A stretch of DNA of 64,000 bases, from contig OY970342.1 in assembly GCA_963717505.1 (NCBI GenBank), forward strand, positions 1-64,000, in the 5' to 3' direction. Below are positions 39,184-48,794 of the stretch, in pieces; the first letter of the stretch is position 1, and each line of letters begins with the position of its first letter. The translations under genes and the position numbers were made by a program. The DNA comes from Candidatus Eiseniibacteriota bacterium (GTDB taxonomy: Bacteria; Eisenbacteria; RBG-16-71-46). Under the pieces are notes generated by a model. It was given only the letters and a program-made list of their open reading frames with translations, was not told the DNA's origin and did not search any database.

Positions 39184-40647
39184 CTACATCATCCCCTGGA
39201 CTGACCGTCGCGCCTGCTCGAGCAGCGCGTGCGCCTGGATCCCCCACCAGATCGTGAGGGCCGCGGAGGCCAGGAGCGCGATGGTCGACGGCAGCGCGCG
39301 CGAGACCGAAACCGGCTCGGTGCGTGGCTCCTCCATGTACATCGCGACGGTGATGCGCAGGTAGTAGAACACGGATACCACGCTGTTGAGCACGCCGATC
39401 ACCACCAGCGGAACCATGCCGGCCTCGAGTGCCACCCCGAATACGTAGACCTTGCCCATGAATCCTGCGGTCGGCGGAATGCCGCCGAGCGAAACCATGA
39501 AGAGCGCCATGGCCGCTGCCAGAGCGGGGTGGCGATACCCCAGGCCAGCAAGGTCCGAGACCAGTACGCGTTCCTCGTTCTCGCGCCCGAGCAGCGTCAG
39601 GACGCCGAAGGCGCCGAGGTTCATGACCGAGTAGACCGCCAGGTAGAAGAGTGCGGCGGCCACGCCCTTCTCGCCGCCCGCGATCAACGCGACGATCACG
39701 TAGCCGGCATGCGCGATGCTCGAGTACGCCAGCATGCGCTTGACGTTGGTCTGGAAGAGCGCCGTGACGTTGCCGACCGTCATGGTCAGCACCGCGATCC
39801 AGGTCATCAACGTGCGCCAGTCGGCGCCGGTCGGCTCGAGCACCGCCAGACCGAAGCGCGCGAACGCGGCAAAGCCGGCCGCCTTGGCGCCGGCCGACAT
39901 GAACGCAGTCACCGAAGTCGGTGCCCCCTGATAGGCGTCGGGAGTCCACATGTGGAACGGGACCGCCGCGACCTTGAAGCCGAAGCCGATCAGCGTCAGC
40001 AGCGCCCCGGCCAGCAGCAGCGGGTTGTCGATCATCGGCGAGCCGGTGACGAACTGCGTCATCGCCATGAGGTTCGTGGTCCCGGTCGCTCCGTAGAGCA
40101 GCGCGATCCCGTAGAGCAGGAATCCGCTCGCGAACGCGCCCAGCAGGAAGTATTTCATCGAGGCCTCGCTCGACTCCAGGTGGCTCCGCTGGAAGCCGAC
40201 CAGCACGTAGAGCGCGAGCGACATCAACTCGAGCCCGAGGAAGATCGTGATCAGGTCGCTCGAGGCCGCCATGATCACCATGCCGAGGATTGCCGAGAGC
40301 ATGAGCGCGTAGTACTCGCCCAGATTGATGCGGGTGCGACGGATGTAGTCCCACGACAGGAGCACCGAGATCGCGCCGATGCCGCAGAAGAGCAGCGTCA
40401 TGAACGCGGTGATGCCGTCGTGCAGGAACATGCCCTCGAACAGGGCTCGCTTGGCATTGCCGACTCGAAACACGCAGGCGGCCGAGGCGGCGAGCGTGAA
40501 GAGCGACACCCAGGCGCCGCGCCCGCTGCGGGCACCCGCCGGCAGGAACTCGAGCAGCAGCAGCAGGCAGATGCCGGCGGACAGCGCGATCACCGGGCCG
40601 AGAGCCCACCAGTCGACCGCGAGGAGCGCGGGGGTCGCCGGGCTCAT
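39184..40647 (-). CDS. nuoN: NADH-quinone oxidoreductase subunit N
   Basis: Motifs LELMSL, EASMKYF, FKVAAVPFHMWTPDAYQGAPT and KRMLAYSSIAH. Confidence 0.95.
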   Translation of the reverse strand: MSPATPALLAVDWWALGPVIALSAGICLLLLLEFLPAGARSGRGAWVSLFTLAASAACVFRVGNAKRALFEGMFLHDGITAFMTLLFCGIGAISVLLSWDYIRRTRINLGEYYALMLSAILGMVIMAASSDLITIFLGLELMSLALYVLVGFQRSHLESSEASMKYFLLGAFASGFLLYGIALLYGATGTTNLMAMTQFVTGSPMIDNPLLLAGALLTLIGFGFKVAAVPFHMWTPDAYQGAPTSVTAFMSAGAKAAGFAAFARFGLAVLEPTGADWRTLMTWIAVLTMTVGNVTALFQTNVKRMLAYSSIAHAGYVIVALIAGGEKGVAAALFYLAVYSVMNLGAFGVLTLLGRENEERVLVSDLAGLGYRHPALAAAMALFMVSLGGIPPTAGFMGKVYVFGVALEAGMVPLVVIGVLNSVVSVFYYLRITVAMYMEEPRTEPVSVSRALPSTIALLASAALTIWWGIQAHALLEQARRSVQGMM

Positions 40648-42287
40648 CGTTCGCTCCCGGTCGCGGGCGGCGTCGGCGCCGGGTGGCTGCCGGAACCCGC
40701 TTGGCCCTGAGGGACGATGCGAACCCGCACCGGAAGTCGCCGGGCGTCATGTGTGTTCAGGCCCGTGCCCCACGACGCGACGTTGCCGGTCACGGCCTCG
40801 TAGCGCTCGGCGGCGACCGCCAGGGTCCGATCGAGAGCCGGTTGCATGCGATCGAGGAACGGCTGCGGGAACACGCCGATCCAGAAGATCAGGAGCAGCA
40901 GGGGTGCAAACACCAGCCGTTCGCGGAAGGTGAGGTCCGAGAGGTTGGCGTTCTCCGCGTGCGTCACTGGACCGAACATCACGCGCTGGAACATCCACAG
41001 CATGTAGCACGCCGAAAGGATCACGCCGGTCGCGGCCATCGCCGCCCACCACACGTTCGTCTTGAACGCCCCGAGCAGCACCAGGAACTCGCCGACGAAG
41101 CCGTTGGTGCCCGGGAGACCGATCGACGACAGGGTGACGATCAGGAACACGGAGGCGAATACCGGGAGTGGTTTCCACAGACCACCGAAGTCCGCAATCA
41201 GGCGCGTGTGCCGGCGCTCGTAGATCACCCCAACCAGGAGGAACAGCGCTCCCGTCGAGATGCCGTGGTTGATCATCTGCAGCATGGCCCCCGCGAGTCC
41301 CTGCGGGTTCATCGCGTAGAGCCCGAGCATGCAGAAGCCCAAGTGGCTGACCGACGAATAGGCGACCAGCTTCTTCAGGTCCGGCTGAACCAGGGCGACC
41401 AGCGCGCCATAGACGATGCCGAAGATCGCCAGCCCGGCGATCCACGGCGCGAACTGTTCCGACGCCACGGGGAACAGCGGAATCCCGTAGCGCACGAATC
41501 CGAAGGTGCCCATCTTGAGCAGGATCGCCGCCAGGATCACCGAGCCCGCGGTCGGCGCCTCGACGTGCGCGTCGGGCAGCCAGGTGTGGAACGGGAACAT
41601 CGGCACCTTGATCGCGAATGCGACCGCGAACGCCAGGAACAGAAGCACTTGCGCCTCGGCCGGAATTTGGAGCTGGTAATAGGCGTTCAGGTCGAAAGTC
41701 GCGACCCCGGTCACCGAGCGGTTGTAGAAGTAGAGCCAGAGCAACGCCACCAGCATGAGCACGCTGCCCGCCATGGTGTAGAGGAAGAACTTGATCGCGG
41801 CGTAGATCCGGCGTGGCCCGCCCCAGATCCCGATCAGCAGGTACATCGGAATCAGCATGGCCTCCCAGAACACGTAGAACAGCAGCAGATCGAGCGCCAT
41901 GAACGTGCCGAGCATGCCGGTCTCGAGCGCCAGCAACAGGGCGTAGAACTCGCGCTCGCGCGTCTGGATCGCCGGCGACGAGGCGATCACGGCGAGCGCG
42001 GTCATGAACGTCGTGAGCAGAATGAGGAGGACGGAGACGCCGTCGACCCCCAGGTGGTAGCTGGCGCCCAGCGCCGGCAGCCAGTCGAGGCGTTCGATGA
42101 ACTGAAAATCCGGGCCGAAGGGGATGAAGCGCCACCAGAGCGGCAGCGAGAACCCGAACTCGGCCACCGCCACCGCAATCGCCCAGCGGCGGATCAGGCG
42201 GCCGGCGCTCGCCGGCATCAGAGCGATCAAGGCCGCGCCGATCAGCGGGAAGAAGATGAGCCACGTCATCCAGGGGAAGAGCGCCAC
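40644..42287 (-). CDS. nuoM: NADH-quinone oxidoreductase subunit M
   Basis: Motifs FYVFWE, KFFLYT, KVPMFPFHTWLPDAHVEAPT, LKMG and AYSSVSH. Confidence 0.95.
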   Translation of the reverse strand: MALFPWMTWLIFFPLIGAALIALMPASAGRLIRRWAIAVAVAEFGFSLPLWWRFIPFGPDFQFIERLDWLPALGASYHLGVDGVSVLLILLTTFMTALAVIASSPAIQTREREFYALLLALETGMLGTFMALDLLLFYVFWEAMLIPMYLLIGIWGGPRRIYAAIKFFLYTMAGSVLMLVALLWLYFYNRSVTGVATFDLNAYYQLQIPAEAQVLLFLAFAVAFAIKVPMFPFHTWLPDAHVEAPTAGSVILAAILLKMGTFGFVRYGIPLFPVASEQFAPWIAGLAIFGIVYGALVALVQPDLKKLVAYSSVSHLGFCMLGLYAMNPQGLAGAMLQMINHGISTGALFLLVGVIYERRHTRLIADFGGLWKPLPVFASVFLIVTLSSIGLPGTNGFVGEFLVLLGAFKTNVWWAAMAATGVILSACYMLWMFQRVMFGPVTHAENANLSDLTFRERLVFAPLLLLIFWIGVFPQPFLDRMQPALDRTLAVAAERYEAVTGNVASWGTGLNTHDARRLPVRVRIVPQGQAGSGSHPAPTPPATGSER

Positions 42288-42288
42288 G

Positions 42289-44211
42289 TCACATCCTCAG
42301 GACGACCCACAACAGGGCCGCCACGCCAACGGTGAACAGCAGGGCATAGGTGCCGACGAAACCGGTCTGGAACAGGCGCAGCACCGCCGACACGCCCTCG
42401 AACGTGTATCCGACACCGTTGACGATTCCATCCACGATCTTCTCGTCCCAGAAGCGCCAGAGCGCGACACTCGCGCCGTGGATCGGGCGCACGACGATCG
42501 CGTCGTACAGCTCGTCCACCCGATACTTGTTGAGCAGCAGGTCGTGAACACGCGGGAAGCGCTCGCGCAGCCGGGTCGCGGCCTCGGGCCGCCGCAGGTA
42601 GTAGCGGAACGCGGCCCAAATGCCGAGGCTCGCGACGCCGACCGAGAGCAGCATCAGCGTCCACTCGACGTTACGCGGGACCTCGTGCGCGGCATGGCCG
42701 TTGTCGTGCGCGCCGTGCTCGAACACTGGCGCCAGCCAGCGCGCGAACGGATTCCCACCCTCGATCATCGGCGGTCCGATCCAGCCCCCGACGATCGAGA
42801 GCAGCGCCAACACCACCAGCGGCACGATCATGCTCGGCGGTGACTCGTGTACGTGGTGCGCGGCCTCGTGCGACAACCGCGACGGGCCGCGGAACGCGAG
42901 CACGTAGAGGCGGAACATGTAGAACGCCGTCAGGCCCGCGCCGGCCAGCCCGGCCAGCCAGATCGCGCGATGCCCCGAGGCAAATGCGCCGTGCAGGATC
43001 TCGTCCTTGCTGAAGAACCCGGCCAGCGGCGGAATGCCGGCGATCGCGATGGTACCGATCAGCATGGTGGCGTGGGTCCAGGGCAGCTTGCCCGCGAGCC
43101 CACCCATTTTGCGCAGATCCTGCTCGCCGTGGAGGCCGTGAATCACCGAGCCGGCCCCGAGGAACAGCAGCGCTTTGAAGAACGCGTGGGTCATCAGATG
43201 GAAGATGGCGGCGGTGAAGGCGCCGACGCCGCACGCCATGAACATGTAGCCGAGCTGGCTGACCGTGGAGTACGCGAGCACGCGTTTGATGTCGTTCTGG
43301 GCCAGGCCGATGGTTGCTGCGAACAGCGCGGTGGCGGTGCCGATGATCGCCACGGTCTCGAGGGCCGCCGGCGCCAGCGTGAACAGCACGTTGCAGCGCG
43401 CGACCATGTAGACGCCGGCCGTGACCATGGTCGCCGCATGGATCAGTGCCGAAACCGGAGTCGGACCCTCCATGGCGTCGGGCAGCCAGGTGTAGAGCGG
43501 AATTTGAGCGCTCTTGCCGGTGGCGCCGAGGAACAGCAGCAGCGTCGCCGTCGTGATCGCCAGCGAGCCGACGACGAACACGTGTGGCGCGACCGCGAAC
43601 AGCCGCTCGTAGTTCAGGCTGCCGCCGAGCGTCAGCAGAGTCAGCACGCCGAGCAGGAACCCGAAGTCGCCGATCCGGTTGACGATGAACGCCTTCTTCC
43701 CCGCTTCGGCGGCCGAGGGCCGCTCGTACCAGAACCCGATCAGCAGGTACGAGCAGAGCCCGACTCCCTCCCAACCCACGAACATCAGCAGGAAGTTGTC
43801 CGCGAGCACCAGCGTCAGCATCGCGAACATGAAGAGGTTCAGGTACATGAAGAAGCGGCGGAACGAGGGGTCGTTCGACATGTAGCCGACCGAATAGGCG
43901 TGGATCAGGAAGCCCACGCCGGTGACCACCAGCACCATCACCGCCGACAACGGATCGAGCAGGAACGCGACATCGGCCGAGAAGTCGCCGACCCGCATCC
44001 AGGTGTAGACCATCTCGTGGATCGCCCTGCCGTCCGCCGGCAGGCCCGCGAGGTGGACCACCGCACGCACCGCGAGCAGGAACGCGACACCGACGGCGCC
44101 ACACGCCAGCCAGGCCGTGCCGCGCTTGCCGAGCCGGTCGCCGAGCAACAGGTTCAGGGCCACGGCCGCAAGCGGCAGGGCCGGAATCAGCGCGATCATC
44201 GGCAGGTTCAC
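42289..44211 (-). CDS. nuoL: NADH-quinone oxidoreductase subunit L
   Basis: Motifs GWEGVG, NRIGD, KSAQIPL..WLPDAMEGPTPVSALIHAATMV and THAFFKALLFL. Confidence 0.95.
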   Translation of the reverse strand: MNLPMIALIPALPLAAVALNLLLGDRLGKRGTAWLACGAVGVAFLLAVRAVVHLAGLPADGRAIHEMVYTWMRVGDFSADVAFLLDPLSAVMVLVVTGVGFLIHAYSVGYMSNDPSFRRFFMYLNLFMFAMLTLVLADNFLLMFVGWEGVGLCSYLLIGFWYERPSAAEAGKKAFIVNRIGDFGFLLGVLTLLTLGGSLNYERLFAVAPHVFVVGSLAITTATLLLFLGATGKSAQIPLYTWLPDAMEGPTPVSALIHAATMVTAGVYMVARCNVLFTLAPAALETVAIIGTATALFAATIGLAQNDIKRVLAYSTVSQLGYMFMACGVGAFTAAIFHLMTHAFFKALLFLGAGSVIHGLHGEQDLRKMGGLAGKLPWTHATMLIGTIAIAGIPPLAGFFSKDEILHGAFASGHRAIWLAGLAGAGLTAFYMFRLYVLAFRGPSRLSHEAAHHVHESPPSMIVPLVVLALLSIVGGWIGPPMIEGGNPFARWLAPVFEHGAHDNGHAAHEVPRNVEWTLMLLSVGVASLGIWAAFRYYLRRPEAATRLRERFPRVHDLLLNKYRVDELYDAIVVRPIHGASVALWRFWDEKIVDGIVNGVGYTFEGVSAVLRLFQTGFVGTYALLFTVGVAALLWVVLRM

Positions 44212-44215
44212 GTCG

Positions 44216-44518
44216 TCAGCCCTTGAGCAGGTTGATTTCGTCCGTGAACACGGACTCGCGAAGTCGGAAAAGGTTCACGATGATCGCCAGCCCCACGGCG
44301 ACCTCGGCCGCGGCCACCGTCATGACGAAGAACACGAAGATCTGTCCGTCGAGCGAGTTCATGTGGCGGGCGAAGGCGACGAACGCGAGGTTCGCGGCGT
44401 TGAGCATCAGCTCGATGCTCATGAAGATGATGAGCGCGTTCCGGCGGACGAGCACGCCGACCACGCCAATCGTGAACAGGACGGCGGAGAGCAGCAGCGT
44501 CCAGCTGAGCGGGATCAC
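44216..44518 (-). CDS. nuoK: NADH-quinone oxidoreductase subunit K
   Basis: Motifs [15 protein letters not shown] and [16 protein letters not shown] overlap with the nuoJ stop. Confidence 0.94.
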   Translation of the reverse strand: MIPLSWTLLLSAVLFTIGVVGVLVRRNALIIFMSIELMLNAANLAFVAFARHMNSLDGQIFVFFVMTVAAAEVAVGLAIIVNLFRLRESVFTDEINLLKG

Positions 44519-45222
44519 GCGGAAGCCTCGTTTTGGAATCGCTCGTCGGGGCTCGCTCGGTGGATGGCCGGAGGGTCGACCGTGGCTTCTGCGCCGACAC
44601 TTGCGGCCGGCCGATCCACCGCGTGGGCCGCCGCCGCCGGCTCGAGCTGGGGCGTCGTCACCCGCACCGGCAGCGGCTCGAGCACCGGCCGTGCCGCGCG
44701 CTTCACCTTCACCGGATCGGGGGCTCTTCGGCTCCGAGAGATCACAATCGCGCCGACCATCGCCACCAGCAGGACCATCGAGGTGATTTCGAACGGGAAC
44801 AGGTAGCGCGTGTAGAGCACCTTGCCGATCGCCTGGGTGTTGCCCACCGTCTGCGGAACGACCGGCGCCACCGGCCCCGGCGCCCATCCCCGGCTCATGA
44901 AGAGCACGCCTTCGGCGAGCAGGACGGCGCCCGCGATCCATCCGATGCCGCGGCGGAGCGCGATCTGCACGCCGGACTCGACGTCGTGCTTCAGGTTCAG
45001 GTACATGATGACGAACAGGAACAACACCATGATTGCGCCGGCGTAGACGATGACCTGCACCATCCCGAGGAACTCGGCGTGGAGCAACAGGTAGATCCCG
45101 GCGAGCGAACAGAATGCCGTCACCAGGAACAGCGCGCTGGTCACCGGGTTCCGGTGCACGACGACCAACAGGCTCGACACCACGAGCACTGCGGCGAACG
45201 CGACGAACAGGGCCGGGGTCAT
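44515..45222 (-). CDS. nuoJ: NADH-quinone oxidoreductase subunit J with an extended C-terminal tail
   Basis: Motifs [29 protein letters not shown] and [13 protein letters not shown] overlap with the nuoH stop. Confidence 0.93.
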   Translation of the reverse strand: MTPALFVAFAAVLVVSSLLVVVHRNPVTSALFLVTAFCSLAGIYLLLHAEFLGMVQVIVYAGAIMVLFLFVIMYLNLKHDVESGVQIALRRGIGWIAGAVLLAEGVLFMSRGWAPGPVAPVVPQTVGNTQAIGKVLYTRYLFPFEITSMVLLVAMVGAIVISRSRRAPDPVKVKRAARPVLEPLPVRVTTPQLEPAAAAHAVDRPAASVGAEATVDPPAIHRASPDERFQNEASA

Positions 45223-46223
45223 CGGTTGTTCATCCAGTAGACCGCGAACCCGGTCACCATCACGTTGGCGAGCGACAGCGGCAGCAGGATCTTCCAGCCC
45301 AGGTTCATGAGCTGGTCGTAACGCAGCCGCGGGAAGGTCCAGCGCACCCAGATGAAGAAGAAGATCAACAGGGCGAGCTTGGCGAAGAACCAGAGGAACT
45401 TGAGGCTGTCGGGCAGCCACGGTCCGTTCCAGCCGCCGAGGAACAGCGTCACCGCGATCGCGGAGATCGTGATGACGTTCATGAACTCGCCCAGGAAGAA
45501 CAGGCCGAACTTCATGCTCGAGTACTCGGTGTGGAACCCGGCGACCAGCTCGGCCTCGGCCTCGGGCAGGTCGAACGGAGCACGATTGGTCTCGGCCAGT
45601 GCCGTGATCATGAAGATCGCGAACGCCAGGGGCTGGACCACCACGAACGGCAACCGCTCCTGAGCGTGGACGATGTCGACCAGCGACAGCGACCCGGCGA
45701 GCAGCAGCACACCGATGGTCGAGATCCCCATCGCCAGCTCGTAGGAAATCATCTGCGCCGACGAGCGCAGCCCACCGAGCAACGCGTACTTGCTGTTCGA
45801 CGACCACCCGGCGAGCGTCAGAGAGTAGACCCCGAGGCTCGACATCGCGAGGAACAGTAGGAGACCGACGTTGATGTCGGTGACGATGAAGTTGGGCCCC
45901 ACCGGAATCACTGCGAACGACACCAGCGCCGGGATCACCGCGAGCATCGGCGCGATGTGGAAGATCACGCGGTTGCCGCCGGGCGGAATGAACTCCTCCT
46001 TGAACAGGAGCTTCACCACGTCGGCCCAGGGCTGGAGGATGCCGGCCGGCCCGACCCGGTTGGGGCCCGGGCGGCCCTGCATGCGACCCGCGACCTTGCG
46101 CTCGAGCAGAATCATGTAGGACACGACCACCAGCATGCCGTTCAGGATCACGAAGATCTTGAGGAACGCCCAGAAGACGAGCTGGAAGTCCGGATGCCGG
46201 TAGAGCGCGATCAGCGATTCCAT
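45219..46223 (-). CDS. nuoH: NADH-quinone oxidoreductase subunit H
   Basis: Motifs ERKV...[41 protein letters not shown] and PRLRYDQLM. Confidence 0.95.
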   Translation of the reverse strand: MESLIALYRHPDFQLVFWAFLKIFVILNGMLVVVSYMILLERKVAGRMQGRPGPNRVGPAGILQPWADVVKLLFKEEFIPPGGNRVIFHIAPMLAVIPALVSFAVIPVGPNFIVTDINVGLLLFLAMSSLGVYSLTLAGWSSNSKYALLGGLRSSAQMISYELAMGISTIGVLLLAGSLSLVDIVHAQERLPFVVVQPLAFAIFMITALAETNRAPFDLPEAEAELVAGFHTEYSSMKFGLFFLGEFMNVITISAIAVTLFLGGWNGPWLPDSLKFLWFFAKLALLIFFFIWVRWTFPRLRYDQLMNLGWKILLPLSLANVMVTGFAVYWMNNR

Positions 46224-46227
46224 CGGG

Positions 46228-46584
46228 TCAGTCTTCCCACTGGAGGGCGCGCTTCTTCAGAAGGTAGAGATAGCCGACCAGCAGGATCAGGATGAACAGC
46301 GTCATCTCGATCAAGCCATAGAGCCCGATCTGGCGAAACGCCACCGCCCACGGGTACATGAACACGGCTTCGATGTCGAAGAGGATGAACAACACCGCGA
46401 CCAGGTAGAACTTGATCGGGAACCGATTGCGGGCGGTGCCGACCGGCTCGACGCCGCACTCGTAGGGCGACAGCTTGCGCGCGTTCATGCGCCGGGGCAT
46501 GACGATGTACGACGCACCGAGCGTGGTGGCCGCGAACAAGATCGCGACCACGATGAACATCAGGACCGGGATGTACTCTCGCAT
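46228..46584 (-). CDS. nuoA: NADH-quinone oxidoreductase subunit A
   Basis: Motifs PYECG and FYLVAVLFILFDIEAVFMYPWA. Confidence 0.94.
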   Translation of the reverse strand: MREYIPVLMFIVVAILFAATTLGASYIVMPRRMNARKLSPYECGVEPVGTARNRFPIKFYLVAVLFILFDIEAVFMYPWAVAFRQIGLYGLIEMTLFILILLVGYLYLLKKRALQWED

Positions 46585-46620
46585 CGAGCGTTCCTGTCGG
46601 CGCCCGCGAGCGGGCGGCTC

Positions 46621-47595
46621 CTAGACGTGCTGCGCGTTGAGCTTCTTGACCGCTTCGGTGAGTGCCGGAATCACTTCGAACAGATCGCCGACCAACCCGT
46701 AGTCCGCGACTTTGAAGATCGGGGCGTCGGCGTCCTTGTTGATGGCCACGATACAGCGCGACGACGACATGCCCGCCAGGTGCTGGATGGCACCCGAGAT
46801 CCCGACCGCGACATAGAGCTTGGGCGACACCGTCTTACCCGTCTGGCCGACCTGATCCGAGTGCGGCCGCCAGCCGGCGTCGACCACGGCGCGCGACGCC
46901 CCGACCGTGGCGCCGAGCGCCGCCGCAAGGTCCTCGAGGATCTTGAAATTCTCGGGGCCCTTGAGCCCGCGCCCACCCGACACGATGATCTCCGACTCGG
47001 TGAGATCGAGCTTGCCGCCGGCAGCGGCCGCGATACGCACCACTTTTGCGCGCGAGGATCCGGGATCGTGGTTCGCCGCCACGGTCTCGACGGTGGCCGG
47101 AGCGCCTCCCGGCGCCGGCGCGAATACCTTGGGCCTCAGCGTCGCCATCGCCGGCGACTTGGTGAACGCCAGTTTCTGGTTGGCCTTGCCCGCGTACACC
47201 GGACGGCGCGCGACCAGCTTGCCGCCGTCGACGATCAATGCGGTGCAGTCCGACGCGAGGCCGACGCCAAGCCGCGCCGCCACTCGCGGCGCCAGATCCT
47301 TGCCCATCGAAGATGCCGAGAACAGCACGACCTGCGGCTTCATCGCCTCGACCGCCGCGACCACGGCGCGCGTGTAGCCGTAGGCGTCGTAGCGCGCGAA
47401 GCTATCGTGGGTGACAACCCGCACTCGATCGGCGCCGTACTCGCCGAGCGCGGCGGCACCGGGGTCGGAGGCGCACGGCAGCACGGCGACCACGTCGCCG
47501 AACGTGACCTTGAGCCGCTTGGCCTCGCCCAGAACCTCATGCGTGACCGAGCGGATTCGCCCGTCGCGCTGTTCGGCGACCACGAGGATGCTCAC
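46621..47595 (-). CDS. etfA: Electron transfer flavoprotein alpha subunit
   Basis: Motifs [32 protein letters not shown] and AINKD. The GTG start overlaps the etfB stop. Confidence 0.95.
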   Translation of the reverse strand: MSILVVAEQRDGRIRSVTHEVLGEAKRLKVTFGDVVAVLPCASDPGAAALGEYGADRVRVVTHDSFARYDAYGYTRAVVAAVEAMKPQVVLFSASSMGKDLAPRVAARLGVGLASDCTALIVDGGKLVARRPVYAGKANQKLAFTKSPAMATLRPKVFAPAPGGAPATVETVAANHDPGSSRAKVVRIAAAAGGKLDLTESEIIVSGGRGLKGPENFKILEDLAAALGATVGASRAVVDAGWRPHSDQVGQTGKTVSPKLYVAVGISGAIQHLAGMSSSRCIVAINKDADAPIFKVADYGLVGDLFEVIPALTEAVKKLNAQHV

Positions 47596-48341
47596 AGGAC
47601 CTTGGCCTCCTCGCGCAACACTCGGAGCAGTTCGGGAATGGCGTCGGTGCCTTGGCCGACGATGCGCCCGGCCGAACGCGCGGCCGGCATTTCGAGCGCC
47701 AGGATCTCGAGCCCCGCGGTTCCGAGCTGGGCCGGCTTCTCGTCGATCGGCTTCTTCTTGGCCGCCATGATGCCCTTGAGCGAAGCGTAGCGCGGCTCGT
47801 TGAGCCCCTTGTCGGTGGTGAATGCCGCCGGCAACGTGACCTCGATCACCTCGCGCCCCCCCTCGATGTCGCGCTCGACCGTGGCCCTGTCGCCGTCGAG
47901 CTGAAACGTCGCCACCGAGGTCGCGCACGGCAGGTCGAGCAGCTCGGCGACCATCGGGCCGACCTGCGAGGCGTCGTCGTCGACCGCCTGACGGCCGAAC
48001 CAGAGGATCGTGGCCCCGAGCGTTTTGAGCTCGGTCGCGAGCGCATTCGCGACCGCGAGCGGATCGTTCGCGCCATCGGCTTTCAGGTGGATCGCGCGGT
48101 CGGCGCCCATGGCGAGCGCGTTTCGCAGAGTGGCCGTGGCACCGGCGCCGCCGAGCGAGACCACGACGACTTCACCGGCGCCCTGCGCCTCTTTGAGCTT
48201 CAGGGCCTGCTCGATCGCGAACTCGTCGTAGGGATTGAGGATCCAGGTGACGCCGGCCGGGTCGAGCGAACGTCCGTCGGCGCCGACTTTGACGCGTGTC
48301 TCGGTGTCGGCCACCTGCTTGATGCAGACCGCCTGGATCAC
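47592..48341 (-). CDS. etfB: Electron transfer flavoprotein beta subunit
   Basis: Motifs CIKQV, NPYDEFAIE, ALAMGAD, GRQAVD and NEPRYASL.GIM.AKKK. Confidence 0.95.
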   Translation of the reverse strand: MIQAVCIKQVADTETRVKVGADGRSLDPAGVTWILNPYDEFAIEQALKLKEAQGAGEVVVVSLGGAGATATLRNALAMGADRAIHLKADGANDPLAVANALATELKTLGATILWFGRQAVDDDASQVGPMVAELLDLPCATSVATFQLDGDRATVERDIEGGREVIEVTLPAAFTTDKGLNEPRYASLKGIMAAKKKPIDEKPAQLGTAGLEILALEMPAARSAGRIVGQGTDAIPELLRVLREEAKVL

Positions 48342-48476
48342 GGACGAACTCCCCGGAGCGCAGGCCCGCGAAACCCCCGCGGCGGCTCTTCGTTCATGCG
48401 TTCACAAGGTGGATCGGCCCCACGGCGCGCCATCGACCGGAGCCCGGAAGTCACTGCAAATGAAAGGCGACCCGGC

Positions 48477-48505
48477 AGTTTCGGGGGAAGGGGCGGATGT
48501 GTCAA
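48477..48505 (-). promoter_or_regulatory. Putative sigma70 promoter for the etfBA-nuo unit
   Basis: Minus strand TTGACA (48505-48500), 17-nt spacer, then GAAACT as an imperfect -10. Confidence 0.4.
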
Positions 48506-48554
48506 GCCGCGGTGATCGCCGCGTCGAAACGTCGAAGGAAGACCAAGAGGTGCT

Positions 48555-48794
48555 TCACGTCCGTTGGCTTCCCTTCCGCGCCCGACGCCGGCGAACACCA
48601 GCTCCCTTGGCGCGGACCTTTGATTGACTCCGGCGTGGCGCGACTCCGGCCTTGAAAGACGCGATCAGACTCGCCAGCTTGGCAGGGATCGGCCGGCAGT
48701 CACAGTGCTTCTGATGGTCCAGATGCCACGTGACCCGCTGCTCCAACGTGGGATTCTTTGGCATCACGTGCCCGCGGTGCCATTCCTTGTTCAT
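48555..48794 (-). CDS. Small His/Cys-rich hypothetical protein with a basic tail (79 aa)
   Basis: GAGG RBS and an ATGA overlap with the lysA stop. Sequence MNKEWHRGHVMPKNPTLEQRVTWHLDHQKHCDCRPIP. Confidence 0.6.
   Translation of the reverse strand: MNKEWHRGHVMPKNPTLEQRVTWHLDHQKHCDCRPIPAKLASLIASFKAGVAPRRSQSKVRAKGAGVRRRRARKGSQRT

Noticed and set aside
39229-44226. Long plus-strand ORFs (493, 550 and 459 aa) opposite nuoN/M/L, and similar ORFs across the window
   Set aside because: Typical stop-poor antisense frames of high-GC coding DNA, with no motifs and Arg/Ala/Gly-biased composition.
39184-46584. Mrp Na+/H+ antiporter or hydrogenase membrane module
   Set aside because: The presence of NuoA, NuoH and NuoJ with complex I-specific motifs, and the absence of MrpE/F/G, identify it as Nuo.
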